Below, one piece after another: positions 18,270-26,801 of a stretch of 61,166 nucleotides of DNA. The translations under genes and the position numbers were made by a program. The stretch covers positions 1 to 61,166 of the IMG/VR virus record IMGVR_UViG_3300042291_001346. The stretch is one strand, 5' to 3'. The DNA comes from a virus. Its lineage: Duplodnaviria > Caudoviricetes. The first letter of the stretch is position 1. Each line of letters starts with the position of its first letter. Under the pieces are notes generated by a model. That model ran no database searches. It was given only the letters and a program-made list of their open reading frames with translations, and was not told where the DNA came from.

Positions 18270-19368
18270 CTTTCAATTCTTGAATTGTACATTCTTTAAT
18301 TTTACTTGCCTCAAAACCTTTTAATGCAGATCGCATCCATACTTCATCTTGTGTATTTCTTAGGTACACAATATAAATAGTTGCTTTTCTTCCTTTTTCC
18401 ATATTCATAGCACGCATTGCTTGTTGCACTGCTAAATTCTCACCGCTCTTAAGCTGATTGAATACTGCTACTTTTAGATCAGGAATAGTAACACCCATGG
18501 AGACCATCGACACCACACTCAGCTTATCAATTTTTCCTTCAGAAAAGTGTTTCAAGGAATCTTTATCAGATTTACTGTGAAAAGAGTTATCCCCCAGCTT
18601 GTCTGCTATATCTTGCCTACCTGAAAATATAATACACCTATCAACTAGGGATAATATATCTTCAGTAATCTTCTGTTTAGACCTTGCGTTATAAATAACA
18701 TCCAATCTCTTGGACATTAAGAATCGTAAAGAACTCCATTTTTGTCTTTGTTTTGCTTGAGTATACGATGTATCCCAGTAAGAATACGCTTCTAACTCCG
18801 TCTGTAAAAATGGATTTTCTTTATTTCCTCCTAATACATATTTATCTGTATAGTCTAAATCACACCCAACACAAATAATTTCATAGTCAGCGATAATCTT
18901 ATCAGCGATAGCTTGCTCTACACTATATGTATACAATACATTTAGCTTAAGCATTGTCTCTAATAAGAATTCTGTATCACCATCTAATGTGCCTGTTAAC
19001 GCTAATATTCTTGTGCCCTTCAATTGCTCTTTTGACAAGAGATTGAGGACTTTAAGATTATAAGCATGTATCTCATCGGCAATAATTAGATTGTAAGCCT
19101 TTTTGTTTTTACTTATGCTGTTGCTCCAAAGGAATTCTACTTTAATATTATCTCTAAGATTCCACTTCTCCATCTCTTCTTTCCAACTCTCAAAAATCTC
19201 TTTTCTCGGAGCTAATATTAATACGCTAATTTCTTTTTCTACTGTATTTAATGCATCTATAGTAATCTTAGTTTTACCTACACGAGGTGCTACTTCAACT
19301 ACACCTACAAATCTATTGAATACTATTGTATTCGTAGCTATAGATTGCACTTGGGTTCTTATTTGCAT
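18217..19368 (-). CDS. Superfamily 2 helicase
   Basis: PRVGKT, IIADEIH, LTGT, MGVTIPDL, QQAMRAM. Confidence 0.85.
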   Translation of the reverse strand: MQIRTQVQSIATNTIVFNRFVGVVEVAPRVGKTKITIDALNTVEKEISVLILAPRKEIFESWKEEMEKWNLRDNIKVEFLWSNSISKNKKAYNLIIADEIHAYNLKVLNLLSKEQLKGTRILALTGTLDGDTEFLLETMLKLNVLYTYSVEQAIADKIIADYEIICVGCDLDYTDKYVLGGNKENPFLQTELEAYSYWDTSYTQAKQRQKWSSLRFLMSKRLDVIYNARSKQKITEDILSLVDRCIIFSGRQDIADKLGDNSFHSKSDKDSLKHFSEGKIDKLSVVSMVSMGVTIPDLKVAVFNQLKSGENLAVQQAMRAMNMEKGRKATIYIVYLRNTQDEVWMRSALKGFEASKIKECTIQELKDGNKPKSKRTSKKVVKA

Positions 19369-19807
19369 ATTTTTCTATTTTTTGTAGTGCAAAACGTCTT
19401 ACATACTTGTTTTTATTAATACTTAATTCATCGTAATCTCTTCCACTATAAGTTACAGGATATACACCATCTTTCATCCATTGTTTGTAAGAAGCTTTAA
19501 CTGTTTTTACTACATATGGTTGACTTTTTGCTTTAATATTTTTAGATACATTGCAATAGGTAATACCAAACATTCTGCCCATTTCTGAATAAGAAAATCC
19601 TTCTTTGTGCAATCTTTTTGCTGTTACTCTACGCAATTCAACCATATAAATATTAACTACATTTCTTAAAGGTTTAAAATAAAGTTCTAGTTGTTTTAAT
19701 TCTGTAAGTCTCTCTATCTCTTTATGTAATTGAGATATTCTGTCTTCATAAGAAGTTGTTTCTAATTTTATTGATACTCCCATAATTTTTAGTTTTAATG
19801 TTGCCAT
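19313..19807 (-). CDS. HTH-containing protein
   Basis: GFSYSEMGRMFGITYCNVSK helix-turn-helix. Confidence 0.6.
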   Translation of the reverse strand: MATLKLKIMGVSIKLETTSYEDRISQLHKEIERLTELKQLELYFKPLRNVVNIYMVELRRVTAKRLHKEGFSYSEMGRMFGITYCNVSKNIKAKSQPYVVKTVKASYKQWMKDGVYPVTYSGRDYDELSINKNKYVRRFALQKIEKYANKNPSAIYSYEYNSIQ

Positions 19808-21804
19808 TGATGGGTCACCATCGGTTCTGCTTTTAATTTTACTACCGTACAGAATACTTTACCAGCTTCTTCCATGCACAGTTGCAATTGATCCTTGATA
19901 ACATCACTCATATTTTCAGGACATTCTACTATCCATTCATCATGAACGACATTAGGCATTTTCACAGTAAAAACTAGATTATTGGCTACAAGATAACGAA
20001 AAAAATACACACCTGCAAGCTTTGTGATGTCCGCAGAAGTACCTTGAATAGGATAATTCAAGGACATACGCTCAATATCACCTTTTTTCATAAAATACTC
20101 TCGTACTTTAGGCTTGTAGTGATTAATAAATGTGTCTGTATTCCTTGCTTTATGGTCCTTATAATCATCCCAGAATCCTTTTGTATTGTAGATATCTTCG
20201 TGAAGCTTTTTGTATTCTTCAAAATAAGGAATAAAACATTTACGATTACTCACACCATTAAATTGTATATAACCCAACTCTAGTGCTCGTTTCTTCTCTT
20301 GTTTAAAATAATCAGCTAATCCTGGAAAAGCTTTAAAATATGCTGTGTAAACTGCTTCACCTTCTTCTAAGGGTATGCTCAAATTTTGCGCAATAGTTAT
20401 ACCTGTACCGCCATAGTTAATAGCGAAACCTGCAGATTTTGCAATTTGTCTCTTACCCTTATGCTTATCTTTAATTTCATCTAAAGTGAGTTGTGACAAC
20501 TCAGGAAATATTTTAGACGCAATAAAGCTGTGCATATCACCCAACCCTTGGCTGTAGAAATACAGTAAGTCAGGATCTAAAGACTTGTTAGCAAGTACAA
20601 TCTGCTCTTGCCCGCTATAGTCGCTTACTATTAGTACATTGCCAGGCTCAGATTGAAAGCAACTTCTAGTTCGTTTGTCGCTTGGTATATTTTGCATGTT
20701 AGGTGCTTGAGGAATACCACGTTTTCTATCTCCTTTCTGGCCACTAGACAATCTGCCTGTGTTCATAATTTGAGTATAGTTACTATGTATTCTACCTGTA
20801 GCTTTATTAATATATCCAAACCAGTTCTCACCATAAGTACTCACAACCTTTTGATGCTCAGTATACTCTATGTAAGTCCCAATGATAGGATGCTTAGACT
20901 TTTGAGGGCCTAACACTTTCTTATCTACTGAATCCTTAAATAATCCTGTGTCTTTGTCTTTAGTTAAAGTGTCTACACCTAAAGATTTCATAAACGGAAT
21001 TACTTGTTTAGAAGAGGCCCAGTTTAACTTGCATGTCACACCTTCAGAAAATAAACTCAATTGGTTATTTACAAACTCAGGATATTTAGCAGAGTTATCT
21101 AGAATATATTGATCAAGTATTTGCTTTACAGCTTCTAAATCTTTTTGATCATCTTCACATTTCTTGCGCCAGTCTTCGCTATTCATATAGAATCCACAGA
21201 ATTCTATGTAAGCCAGGACTATAGCAAACTCATTGTCAAGAGTCATAGTTCTAGTAAGATTCAGTTCCTTCAGTGCTACTTCTTGTTTACGTTTTACCTG
21301 ATGTAAATACTTCACATCATCAGCAGCATATTTAATTACTCTAGTGGATAAACCTTCTCTATGAATGTTACCTCTAATAGTTTTATCAAGTTCAATTTTG
21401 CAATACTTATACACTACTGCATCTAATGAGCGTCTTGCTGTGTCGATACCTGTAGTCAGGATTCTCTCAGCTAAGAAGCTATCATATACTTTAGTAGGTA
21501 TAATTCCATAATAGAATAAAAATCTAACGTCGAATTTAGCATTATGCATGATTAGCATTTTGCTTTCTAGTAGATCTTTATAAGCTCTAGGATCTACAGT
21601 TGTACAGTCAACAACATATTGTCGTTGCTGATCACCTAATTGCATAGATAATAAAGCTTTAGTAAATGGGTCCAAGCCCATAGTCTCAGTATCGAAACCT
21701 ATAATATTTAAGGTTTGTAGATACTCTAACGATTCTTCAACACTAGCCAAAGAATAACCAGGCGCCGTAAACAACGACGCTTGGTTAGTTACTAAATAAA
21801 TCAC
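19795..21804 (-). CDS. polA: DNA polymerase family A with 3'-5' exonuclease
   Basis: FDTET, HNAKFD, YAADD, TGRLSS, DYSGQE, RQIAKSAGFAINYG, NYPIQG, VHDE; GTG start. Confidence 0.95.
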   Translation of the reverse strand: MIYLVTNQASLFTAPGYSLASVEESLEYLQTLNIIGFDTETMGLDPFTKALLSMQLGDQQRQYVVDCTTVDPRAYKDLLESKMLIMHNAKFDVRFLFYYGIIPTKVYDSFLAERILTTGIDTARRSLDAVVYKYCKIELDKTIRGNIHREGLSTRVIKYAADDVKYLHQVKRKQEVALKELNLTRTMTLDNEFAIVLAYIEFCGFYMNSEDWRKKCEDDQKDLEAVKQILDQYILDNSAKYPEFVNNQLSLFSEGVTCKLNWASSKQVIPFMKSLGVDTLTKDKDTGLFKDSVDKKVLGPQKSKHPIIGTYIEYTEHQKVVSTYGENWFGYINKATGRIHSNYTQIMNTGRLSSGQKGDRKRGIPQAPNMQNIPSDKRTRSCFQSEPGNVLIVSDYSGQEQIVLANKSLDPDLLYFYSQGLGDMHSFIASKIFPELSQLTLDEIKDKHKGKRQIAKSAGFAINYGGTGITIAQNLSIPLEEGEAVYTAYFKAFPGLADYFKQEKKRALELGYIQFNGVSNRKCFIPYFEEYKKLHEDIYNTKGFWDDYKDHKARNTDTFINHYKPKVREYFMKKGDIERMSLNYPIQGTSADITKLAGVYFFRYLVANNLVFTVKMPNVVHDEWIVECPENMSDVIKDQLQLCMEEAGKVFCTVVKLKAEPMVTHQWQH

Positions 21805-21835
21805 TTCTTATTTAACTTTACAGAATTATAAATTC

Positions 21836-22024
21836 TCAGTTTTTCTGTTTTCTAACAGAAGATTTTAAGTTAATATAAGCTTGTGCTCCACGTTTTGTAC
21901 CACTTTGCCAGCGTAACAATGGATATTTAGGGTCATTTAAGTATTTCCAAGGAAGAAACCAATATCTCTTCATCATAACATTAAACTTGCCATACTTATT
22001 CTCTACAATTTTAAACTTTGCCAT
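21836..22024 (-). CDS. Small basic hypothetical protein
   Basis: ORF; shares the GAQAYIN motif with ORF 4059-4280. Confidence 0.65.
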   Translation of the reverse strand: MAKFKIVENKYGKFNVMMKRYWFLPWKYLNDPKYPLLRWQSGTKRGAQAYINLKSSVRKQKN

Positions 22025-22050
22025 ATTATTTGTTATTTGTTATTACTTAA

Positions 22051-22233
22051 TCATTTACTTGGTGAAAGTATAATACCTTCATGTACAATCTTATCTAAAA
22101 TTTGAGTATGGCCATTAATCACAGTAGGCTCCAATGTATTCTTAGATAGTTGTTCAAGTGCTATTTTCTCCAAATCATTTTCGGGAATGAGCACTAATTT
22201 AATAGTTCCATTTAAAATAACCTCTGTTTTCAT
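22051..22233 (-). CDS. Hypothetical protein
   Basis: 60 aa ORF. Confidence 0.6.
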   Translation of the reverse strand: MKTEVILNGTIKLVLIPENDLEKIALEQLSKNTLEPTVINGHTQILDKIVHEGIILSPSK

Positions 22234-22238
22234 AGTTA

Positions 22239-22367
22239 TTATTTTAGTTTTGAGTTAATTACTAGTCCTACTAAGATTACAACTAAGCAAATGGCTGATA
22301 CTATTAATGCAGCCATTTTACTTTCATAATCTCTTGGAACTCTTTCGTATTCTTTGCGCTTTTTCAT
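22239..22367 (-). CDS. Small single-TM protein
   Basis: MKKRKEY start overlapping the upstream TGA (ATGA); C-terminal hydrophobic helix. Confidence 0.55.
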   Translation of the reverse strand: MKKRKEYERVPRDYESKMAALIVSAICLVVILVGLVINSKLK

Positions 22368-22585
22368 AGTAGCAACAATAATATACCTCCAAATCCTATA
22401 CCTGCTAAGAAATAAATAGCATTCCATAGCCATTGTGGATAAAGACTTTTAGGCTTATCACTGATTGCTGCAATAGCTAAACGTTTGTGGAGAATATCAA
22501 TTCTCTCTTGCATAATAGTAATTGTACTATCTTGTACTTCTATTATTTCTTCATACGTTTCAATAATTTTATCTATTTCGTCCAT
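22364..22585 (-). CDS. Coiled-coil protein with C-terminal TM
   Basis: Heptad-like N-half; hydrophobic tail. Confidence 0.6.
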   Translation of the reverse strand: MDEIDKIIETYEEIIEVQDSTITIMQERIDILHKRLAIAAISDKPKSLYPQWLWNAIYFLAGIGFGGILLLLL

Positions 22586-22603
22586 TGTCTTTAGATTTAA
22601 GTT

Positions 22604-22762
22604 TTAATAATGTCTAGGCTTATTTTGAGCTCTTACAATACTCTTAGGTACATAAGCTTTCTTAGCATGACATGTTCTTGCTGTTGAGCAACTTGTTAAT
22701 CCTAATGATAATCCGTACATAAATAATATTAGTAACGAGATGTTAAGTTTTTTCTCTTTCAT
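22604..22762 (-). CDS. Small lipoprotein (52 aa, not in ORF track)
   Basis: Hand translation MKEKKLNISLLILFMYGLSLGLTSCSTART..; lipobox LTSC. Confidence 0.6.
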   Translation of the reverse strand: MKEKKLNISLLILFMYGLSLGLTSCSTARTCHAKKAYVPKSIVRAQNKPRHY

Positions 22763-22783
22763 TGTTCTTGTTGTTTAGTTATC

Positions 22784-22835
22784 ATTTCTATTTAATTTAT
22801 GTGGTAAAAATTGCCACTTATCCTAAATAGAAATG
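22784..22835. repeat. Nested inverted repeat
   Basis: CATTTCTATTTA..TAAATAGAAATG enclosing GTGGTAAAAATTGCCAC. Confidence 0.7.
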
Positions 22836-22842
22836 TTATTAA

Positions 22843-23292
22843 TTAAAAGTTTTTTTGAATGTATTTTAATGCTAGTGTACTACCAGACATATTAAATGTA
22901 TAAACACTTTCACCGCATGTGCTGTCGTTTATTCTAACTTTTACGTCACTGCATACTTGAAAGTCTTCATCAGCTTTAGAGCCAAGTAAGTCCCATGTAA
23001 AGAATAATACGTCGTGATCTTTACTAGCTTCTGATACAAAAGTGTATTTAGAGTATTCATTGTTTATTAAGAATGATAGATCAACTACAATCTCATCTTC
23101 ACATACGTACATACCTTGAATATAGAATACAACTTTGCCATTTACATTCTCAAGTTTGAGTATAGCTCCGTCTACTTCTTTACTGTGACATATACGATAA
23201 GGTTCATCAAATCCATTGTTGACAGTTTTTGTAGTCCATTGTGAGTGTGCAATAGAGCTGCACAGTACAAATAATAATAATAATGTTTTCAT
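22843..23292 (-). CDS. Secreted protein with signal peptide
   Basis: MKTLLLLFVLCSSIAHS/QW, a Bacteroidota-style signal peptide with Gln at +1. Confidence 0.7.
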   Translation of the reverse strand: MKTLLLLFVLCSSIAHSQWTTKTVNNGFDEPYRICHSKEVDGAILKLENVNGKVVFYIQGMYVCEDEIVVDLSFLINNEYSKYTFVSEASKDHDVLFFTWDLLGSKADEDFQVCSDVKVRINDSTCGESVYTFNMSGSTLALKYIQKNF

Positions 23293-23297
23293 GTTTT

Positions 23298-23462
23298 TTA
23301 TTTTGAAGTGTTATAAATATGATCCAGATACATTTTTCTTGGACCTGTTACTGTTGATGCCCATTCTTTAGGTTTACTTACCACTTGCACCTGTTGTTTA
23401 GGTGCAGGTGGATAAGTAAATGTAGTACAAATGGTTACCAAGAAAAGCAATAATGATTTCAT
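23298..23462 (-). CDS. Small exported peptide (54 aa, not in ORF track)
   Basis: Hand translation MKSLLLFLVTICTTFTYPPAPK.. Confidence 0.5.
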   Translation of the reverse strand: MKSLLLFLVTICTTFTYPPAPKQQVQVVSKPKEWASTVTGPRKMYLDHIYNTSK

Positions 23463-23473
23463 GGTGTTAAATA

Positions 23474-23740
23474 TTACATTATGAAATTAAGACCAGTCAC
23501 ATCATAGTATGCTTGGCGACGATTTTCTACTTCGTAGTCTTCACCGATAACCTGAGCATAGTAATGTGATAAATCTTCATAGTATGTTACATCTTCTTCA
23601 AGACATAATACACCAAAATGTTGAGTAACTAATGCAGCTCTTTCTTTATTATCGATAGGCTCATAGTCAAGTTCAATAGCAGATAAGTACATGCCTAGTT
23701 CGTGCATCTGTACTCTTGGGAGGGTGTGAGTATTTGACAT
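23474..23740 (-). CDS. Acidic hypothetical protein
   Basis: 88 aa ORF. Confidence 0.65.
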   Translation of the reverse strand: MSNTHTLPRVQMHELGMYLSAIELDYEPIDNKERAALVTQHFGVLCLEEDVTYYEDLSHYYAQVIGEDYEVENRRQAYYDVTGLNFIM

Positions 23741-23762
23741 AATAGTTAAATTTTAAGTAAAT

Positions 23763-23790
23763 AAAAAGGGCAGTTGTTACACTGCCCTTT
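23763..23790 (-). terminator. Intrinsic terminator
   Basis: AAAGGGCAGT..ACTGCCCTTT, with a T run on the minus strand. Confidence 0.75.
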
Positions 23791-23816
23791 AATCAAAAAG
23801 AAATTAAATAATTAGA

Positions 23817-24329
23817 TTATTTAGCTAATGCAGCAGCAATTGCAGACGCTGCAGAAGTCTCAACACGTGTAGTATCAGTAAGGATGATATGTTTAGCCTC
23901 ACCCAATACTACGCTTGTGCGTACATAAATGTACATACCATTGTGCATAATAAAGTCACCGTCTTTTCCTGCACGTTTAGCACGTGTGTCAAAGTTTGCT
24001 ACTTCGAAGTCACTACCTTTAGTAGTCTCGTTAATTTGAATGTTCAATGGTTGTGATTCGAAACCAACAAAACGTGGATCAACCATGTCTAATTGTAATT
24101 CCTCACCTTCAGCCAAGGCCAAGTCCAAACCTAATAGTTTGTTAACGTCAGCTGGTTGTGCAGATAACCATGCATAACGAGGCTTAGATTGATTAAAGCG
24201 ATCATCAGATGCATTTAATAAACCTAACACGTTAGTAGGATTGTTACCTGTGTTTACTACTTGAGCAAATGTTAATTGTACTTTGCCACCTTTTACTCCT
24301 TTTGCTGATTCTAAAACGATTTTGTTCAT
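23817..24329 (-). CDS. Hypothetical protein, probably highly expressed
   Basis: 170 aa; uses the GGT/CGT/AAC codon style of the capsid gene; own terminator. Confidence 0.75.
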   Translation of the reverse strand: MNKIVLESAKGVKGGKVQLTFAQVVNTGNNPTNVLGLLNASDDRFNQSKPRYAWLSAQPADVNKLLGLDLALAEGEELQLDMVDPRFVGFESQPLNIQINETTKGSDFEVANFDTRAKRAGKDGDFIMHNGMYIYVRTSVVLGEAKHIILTDTTRVETSAASAIAAALAK

Positions 24330-24379
24330 GATAATAGTTTTTAATAATAAATAAATAGATAAATAATAGATTGTACTCT

Positions 24380-24712
24380 GAAATCAGACTTATAAAGTCT
24401 TGAAATTAAGCATGCTAGAGTGACATGCTTAAAGTTATCCTTCACTGTATTTTTTCGACGATGCTAACAGTATGGATTAATAAAAGTTTAATGATTAGTT
24501 TAAAGACCCTCATCAAATAACCGTCAAATAAGTGTCCAATTTAAAACGATTGATTATTTAATGAGGGTTTACCTTAAAACATTGCGTAGTTAGAACATGA
24601 TCCAACTTGATCTAACTATGTGGTTGTTCGGGATTTCCGACTAACCACTTGGTGAGTTACTATTTAGTAAGTAATTAATCCTCCTTATGCACTACACACA
24701 AGGAGGATTAAA
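24380..24712 (-). ncRNA. Candidate structured RNA / leader (tandem hairpins)
   Basis: At least six stem-loops in an ORF-free ~330 nt tract (see findings); strand inferred from flanking genes. Confidence 0.4.
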
Positions 24713-24717
24713 TTTAA

Positions 24718-24951
24718 CTACCTCTTTTCACTTAACCACTCCCCAGTCTCTGCTAGAAAAAAGATGTATAGAATAATGTTCAGCACCCATAATGCAGCTG
24801 ATGATGTTACATCATTAAATGTTAAGGGTGTCAGGATTGATAATCCTAATGCTACTATAAATGTAATAGTACATACCATGATGAATGGTACAATAAATAA
24901 TGCTAGTACTTTAACAGGTCTAGCTGTTGTTTTTAAGTCTTTAAATTGCAT
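24718..24951 (-). CDS. Two-TM membrane protein
   Basis: Two long hydrophobic helices. Confidence 0.65.
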   Translation of the reverse strand: MQFKDLKTTARPVKVLALFIVPFIMVCTITFIVALGLSILTPLTFNDVTSSAALWVLNIILYIFFLAETGEWLSEKR

Positions 24952-24994
24952 AATAGTTGTTTTAATAGTGAGTAATTTGATACAAGTTATAGCA

Positions 24995-25156
24995 TTATCT
25001 TCGTGCTATGTCGAGAAGTAGGTTAATAGCAAAGCCTAACATTGAGGCTAAAGATATTAATGTACCTAAGTTAGGCGCTGTATTATTAATTAATACAATG
25101 CCTAACATAAAGAATACTGTAAATACAAAGTACATGAATATAACTAATTGATTCAT
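24995..25156 (-). CDS. Two-TM membrane protein (53 aa, not in ORF track)
   Basis: Hand translation MNQLVIFMYFVFTVFFMLGIVLINNTAPNLGTLISLASMLGFAINLLLDIARR; ATGA overlap. Confidence 0.6.
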   Translation of the reverse strand: MNQLVIFMYFVFTVFFMLGIVLINNTAPNLGTLISLASMLGFAINLLLDIARR

Positions 25157-25335
25157 AGCTTAGTATGTTTAGTTTGATAGTCATAGTCCAGTATAGCAAC
25201 AAATGCTAGTACAGCAGACAAGATAAATGCGGTTACAGATCCTACTATTTCATTGTTTGTAGTAGATGTCCATAGTGAGCAAACACTAGTAAGCATTAGT
25301 ATAATGCCTAAAGAGATAAAGAATAATTGTTTCAT
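25153..25335 (-). CDS. Two-TM membrane protein
   Basis: Two hydrophobic helices. Confidence 0.6.
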   Translation of the reverse strand: MKQLFFISLGIILMLTSVCSLWTSTTNNEIVGSVTAFILSAVLAFVAILDYDYQTKHTKL

Positions 25336-25440
25336 GGTTATTGTATTATGATTAAGTAAATAGTGAATGTTAATATCACTGCTGAGATTATGATGCCTAG
25401 TATCATATGTAATAGTTTAAAGGTTTATAATAGAGTGGTA

Positions 25441-25677
25441 CTATTTACCGTACCACTCGTCTAACATATCTCCCATAATCTCTTCGATTATAGCATTGTC
25501 GTGCATTTCTTGTGCTATTTCACCATTGAATTTAAATCTAGGTGTAGGCTTAGGTGCTTGTACTCTTGTGCTATTTCTAATGATAAGCTTAAGAGTATTA
25601 CGTAAGTGATTGATATCCATTGTATCAACATCAATCTTCTGACCATTCTTCATAGTCCAGTATACAGGTGAGTTCAT
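25441..25677 (-). CDS. Hypothetical phage protein
   Basis: WTMKNGQKIDVDTMDINHLRNTL, a WxTxDG..MxxxHLxN-type small protein. Confidence 0.7.
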   Translation of the reverse strand: MNSPVYWTMKNGQKIDVDTMDINHLRNTLKLIIRNSTRVQAPKPTPRFKFNGEIAQEMHDNAIIEEIMGDMLDEWYGK

Positions 25678-25699
25678 AGTATTAATGTTAAGGTAAATA

Positions 25700-26010
25700 A
25701 AATGAGCAGTTTGTCTACATGCTCAGGTATACGACGAATATCACGTCCTTTCGTACTCTCACAAGGTTGCAACCCCTGATGTTTCCTTCTGAAACTTACT
25801 TTCTTTATCTGATGTCCGTTCTATTATCTTGCGTCCAAAATACTTTATTTGACGGCTTTAGTATAATACTATTATACTTACTTGACATAAGAAGATCCTG
25901 CTTGGATGAGAGCATTTACATTAAGCCATATCTATTATATGATAGGGCTTATCACGCATACTATGCGTTGGTGTTTACTACCCATGATAGGATAGTAACC
26001 ACACCGTTAA
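25700..26010 (-). ncRNA. Candidate structured RNA / leader
   Basis: Multiple hairpins, ending with TGAGCA-TGTAGACAAAC-TGCTCA (see findings); strand inferred. Confidence 0.4.
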
Positions 26011-26081
26011 CAACGACTAACTTGTTCATACTTAGTGAGTTAAGTGTTAATAATAAGGTTGTATTTCATGCCTTCGGCGGT

Positions 26082-26102
26082 AAAAAAACCCCCTTTCGGG
26101 GG
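26082..26102 (-). terminator. Intrinsic terminator after the first early gene
   Basis: CCCCC-GAAA-GGGGG-TTTTTTT. Confidence 0.85.
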
Positions 26103-26108
26103 CATTGA

Positions 26109-26417
26109 TTACCATGCCAATAGCACTCGCTTGCCCTTGGCAATGCTCCACGCACCATTCGGTCCGTCTTCGCCACTTGCGTCACGCACTGCCTCGAACT
26201 CACCTGCGGTGAACGTGTAGCTTGCGTCGCTTGTGTCGTGCCCTGCATCGATTGCAGATTGACGGATGCGGATATAATAACCGTCGTTCATAAACGTGTT
26301 AGCGTCTACGACTGTTACCTCGGACGCATTGAACTCGCCCAATTCCTGCACTAATGCATATAACGGTGCCCCGTACTGTTTGATGTCGGCAGATACCAAC
26401 GATAAATTTAAACCCAT
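26109..26417 (-). CDS. First early gene, GC-rich, acidic 102 aa protein
   Basis: ORF next to the divergence point with its own terminator; visibly higher GC than the genome. Confidence 0.65.
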   Translation of the reverse strand: MGLNLSLVSADIKQYGAPLYALVQELGEFNASEVTVVDANTFMNDGYYIRIRQSAIDAGHDTSDASYTFTAGEFEAVRDASGEDGPNGAWSIAKGKRVLLAW

Positions 26418-26710
26418 GATTGCTATGTTTTAAGGGTGTAAGAGCCACGGGGGTGTTTCCCCCGCGCCATTTTTAGTAGGGGTTGTTGGTTTAGGTGGTA
26501 ACCACGCCCTTCATATCATAGACCCCCTAAAAAATATATATCATATGATGGGGGGGGTATATTTTGGAGACAGGTACTGATGATATTTTTAGGGCACTTC
26601 CCAAAAAATATTATAGATAGAAAAAAGGATTCCTAAATAATATCAAGCGTGAAAACAGAAAAAATCTTCTATACCCTATACTGCTCCTACGCTACAGAGG
26701 ATTTATACGA

Positions 26711-26758
26711 GTCCCCTAAAAGGGACTTATAAGGGCCTAAAAGTCCCCTAAAAGGGAC
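26711..26758. repeat. Direct repeat of the near-palindrome GTCCCCTAAAAGGGAC (iteron/operator-like)
   Basis: Exact copies at 26711-26726 and 26743-26758 (32 bp period), with a partial CCTAAAAG between. Confidence 0.85.
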
Positions 26759-26789
26759 AAATAAGTACTATACTATCAAAAAATTATAT

Positions 26790-26797
26790 TAACTTTG
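26790..26797 (+). promoter_or_regulatory. Bacteroidota -7 promoter box
   Basis: TAACTTTG-tacc-ATG. Confidence 0.6.
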
Positions 26798-26801
26798 TAC
26801 C

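Noticed and set aside
25741-25800. tRNA or hammerhead ribozyme
   Set aside because: GGTTGCAACC is only T-loop-like with no cloverleaf; CTGATGT..GAAAC misses the CUGANGA core
25719-26108. 129 aa plus-strand ORF
   Set aside because: Opposes local transcription, has atypical composition and overlaps hairpins and a terminator
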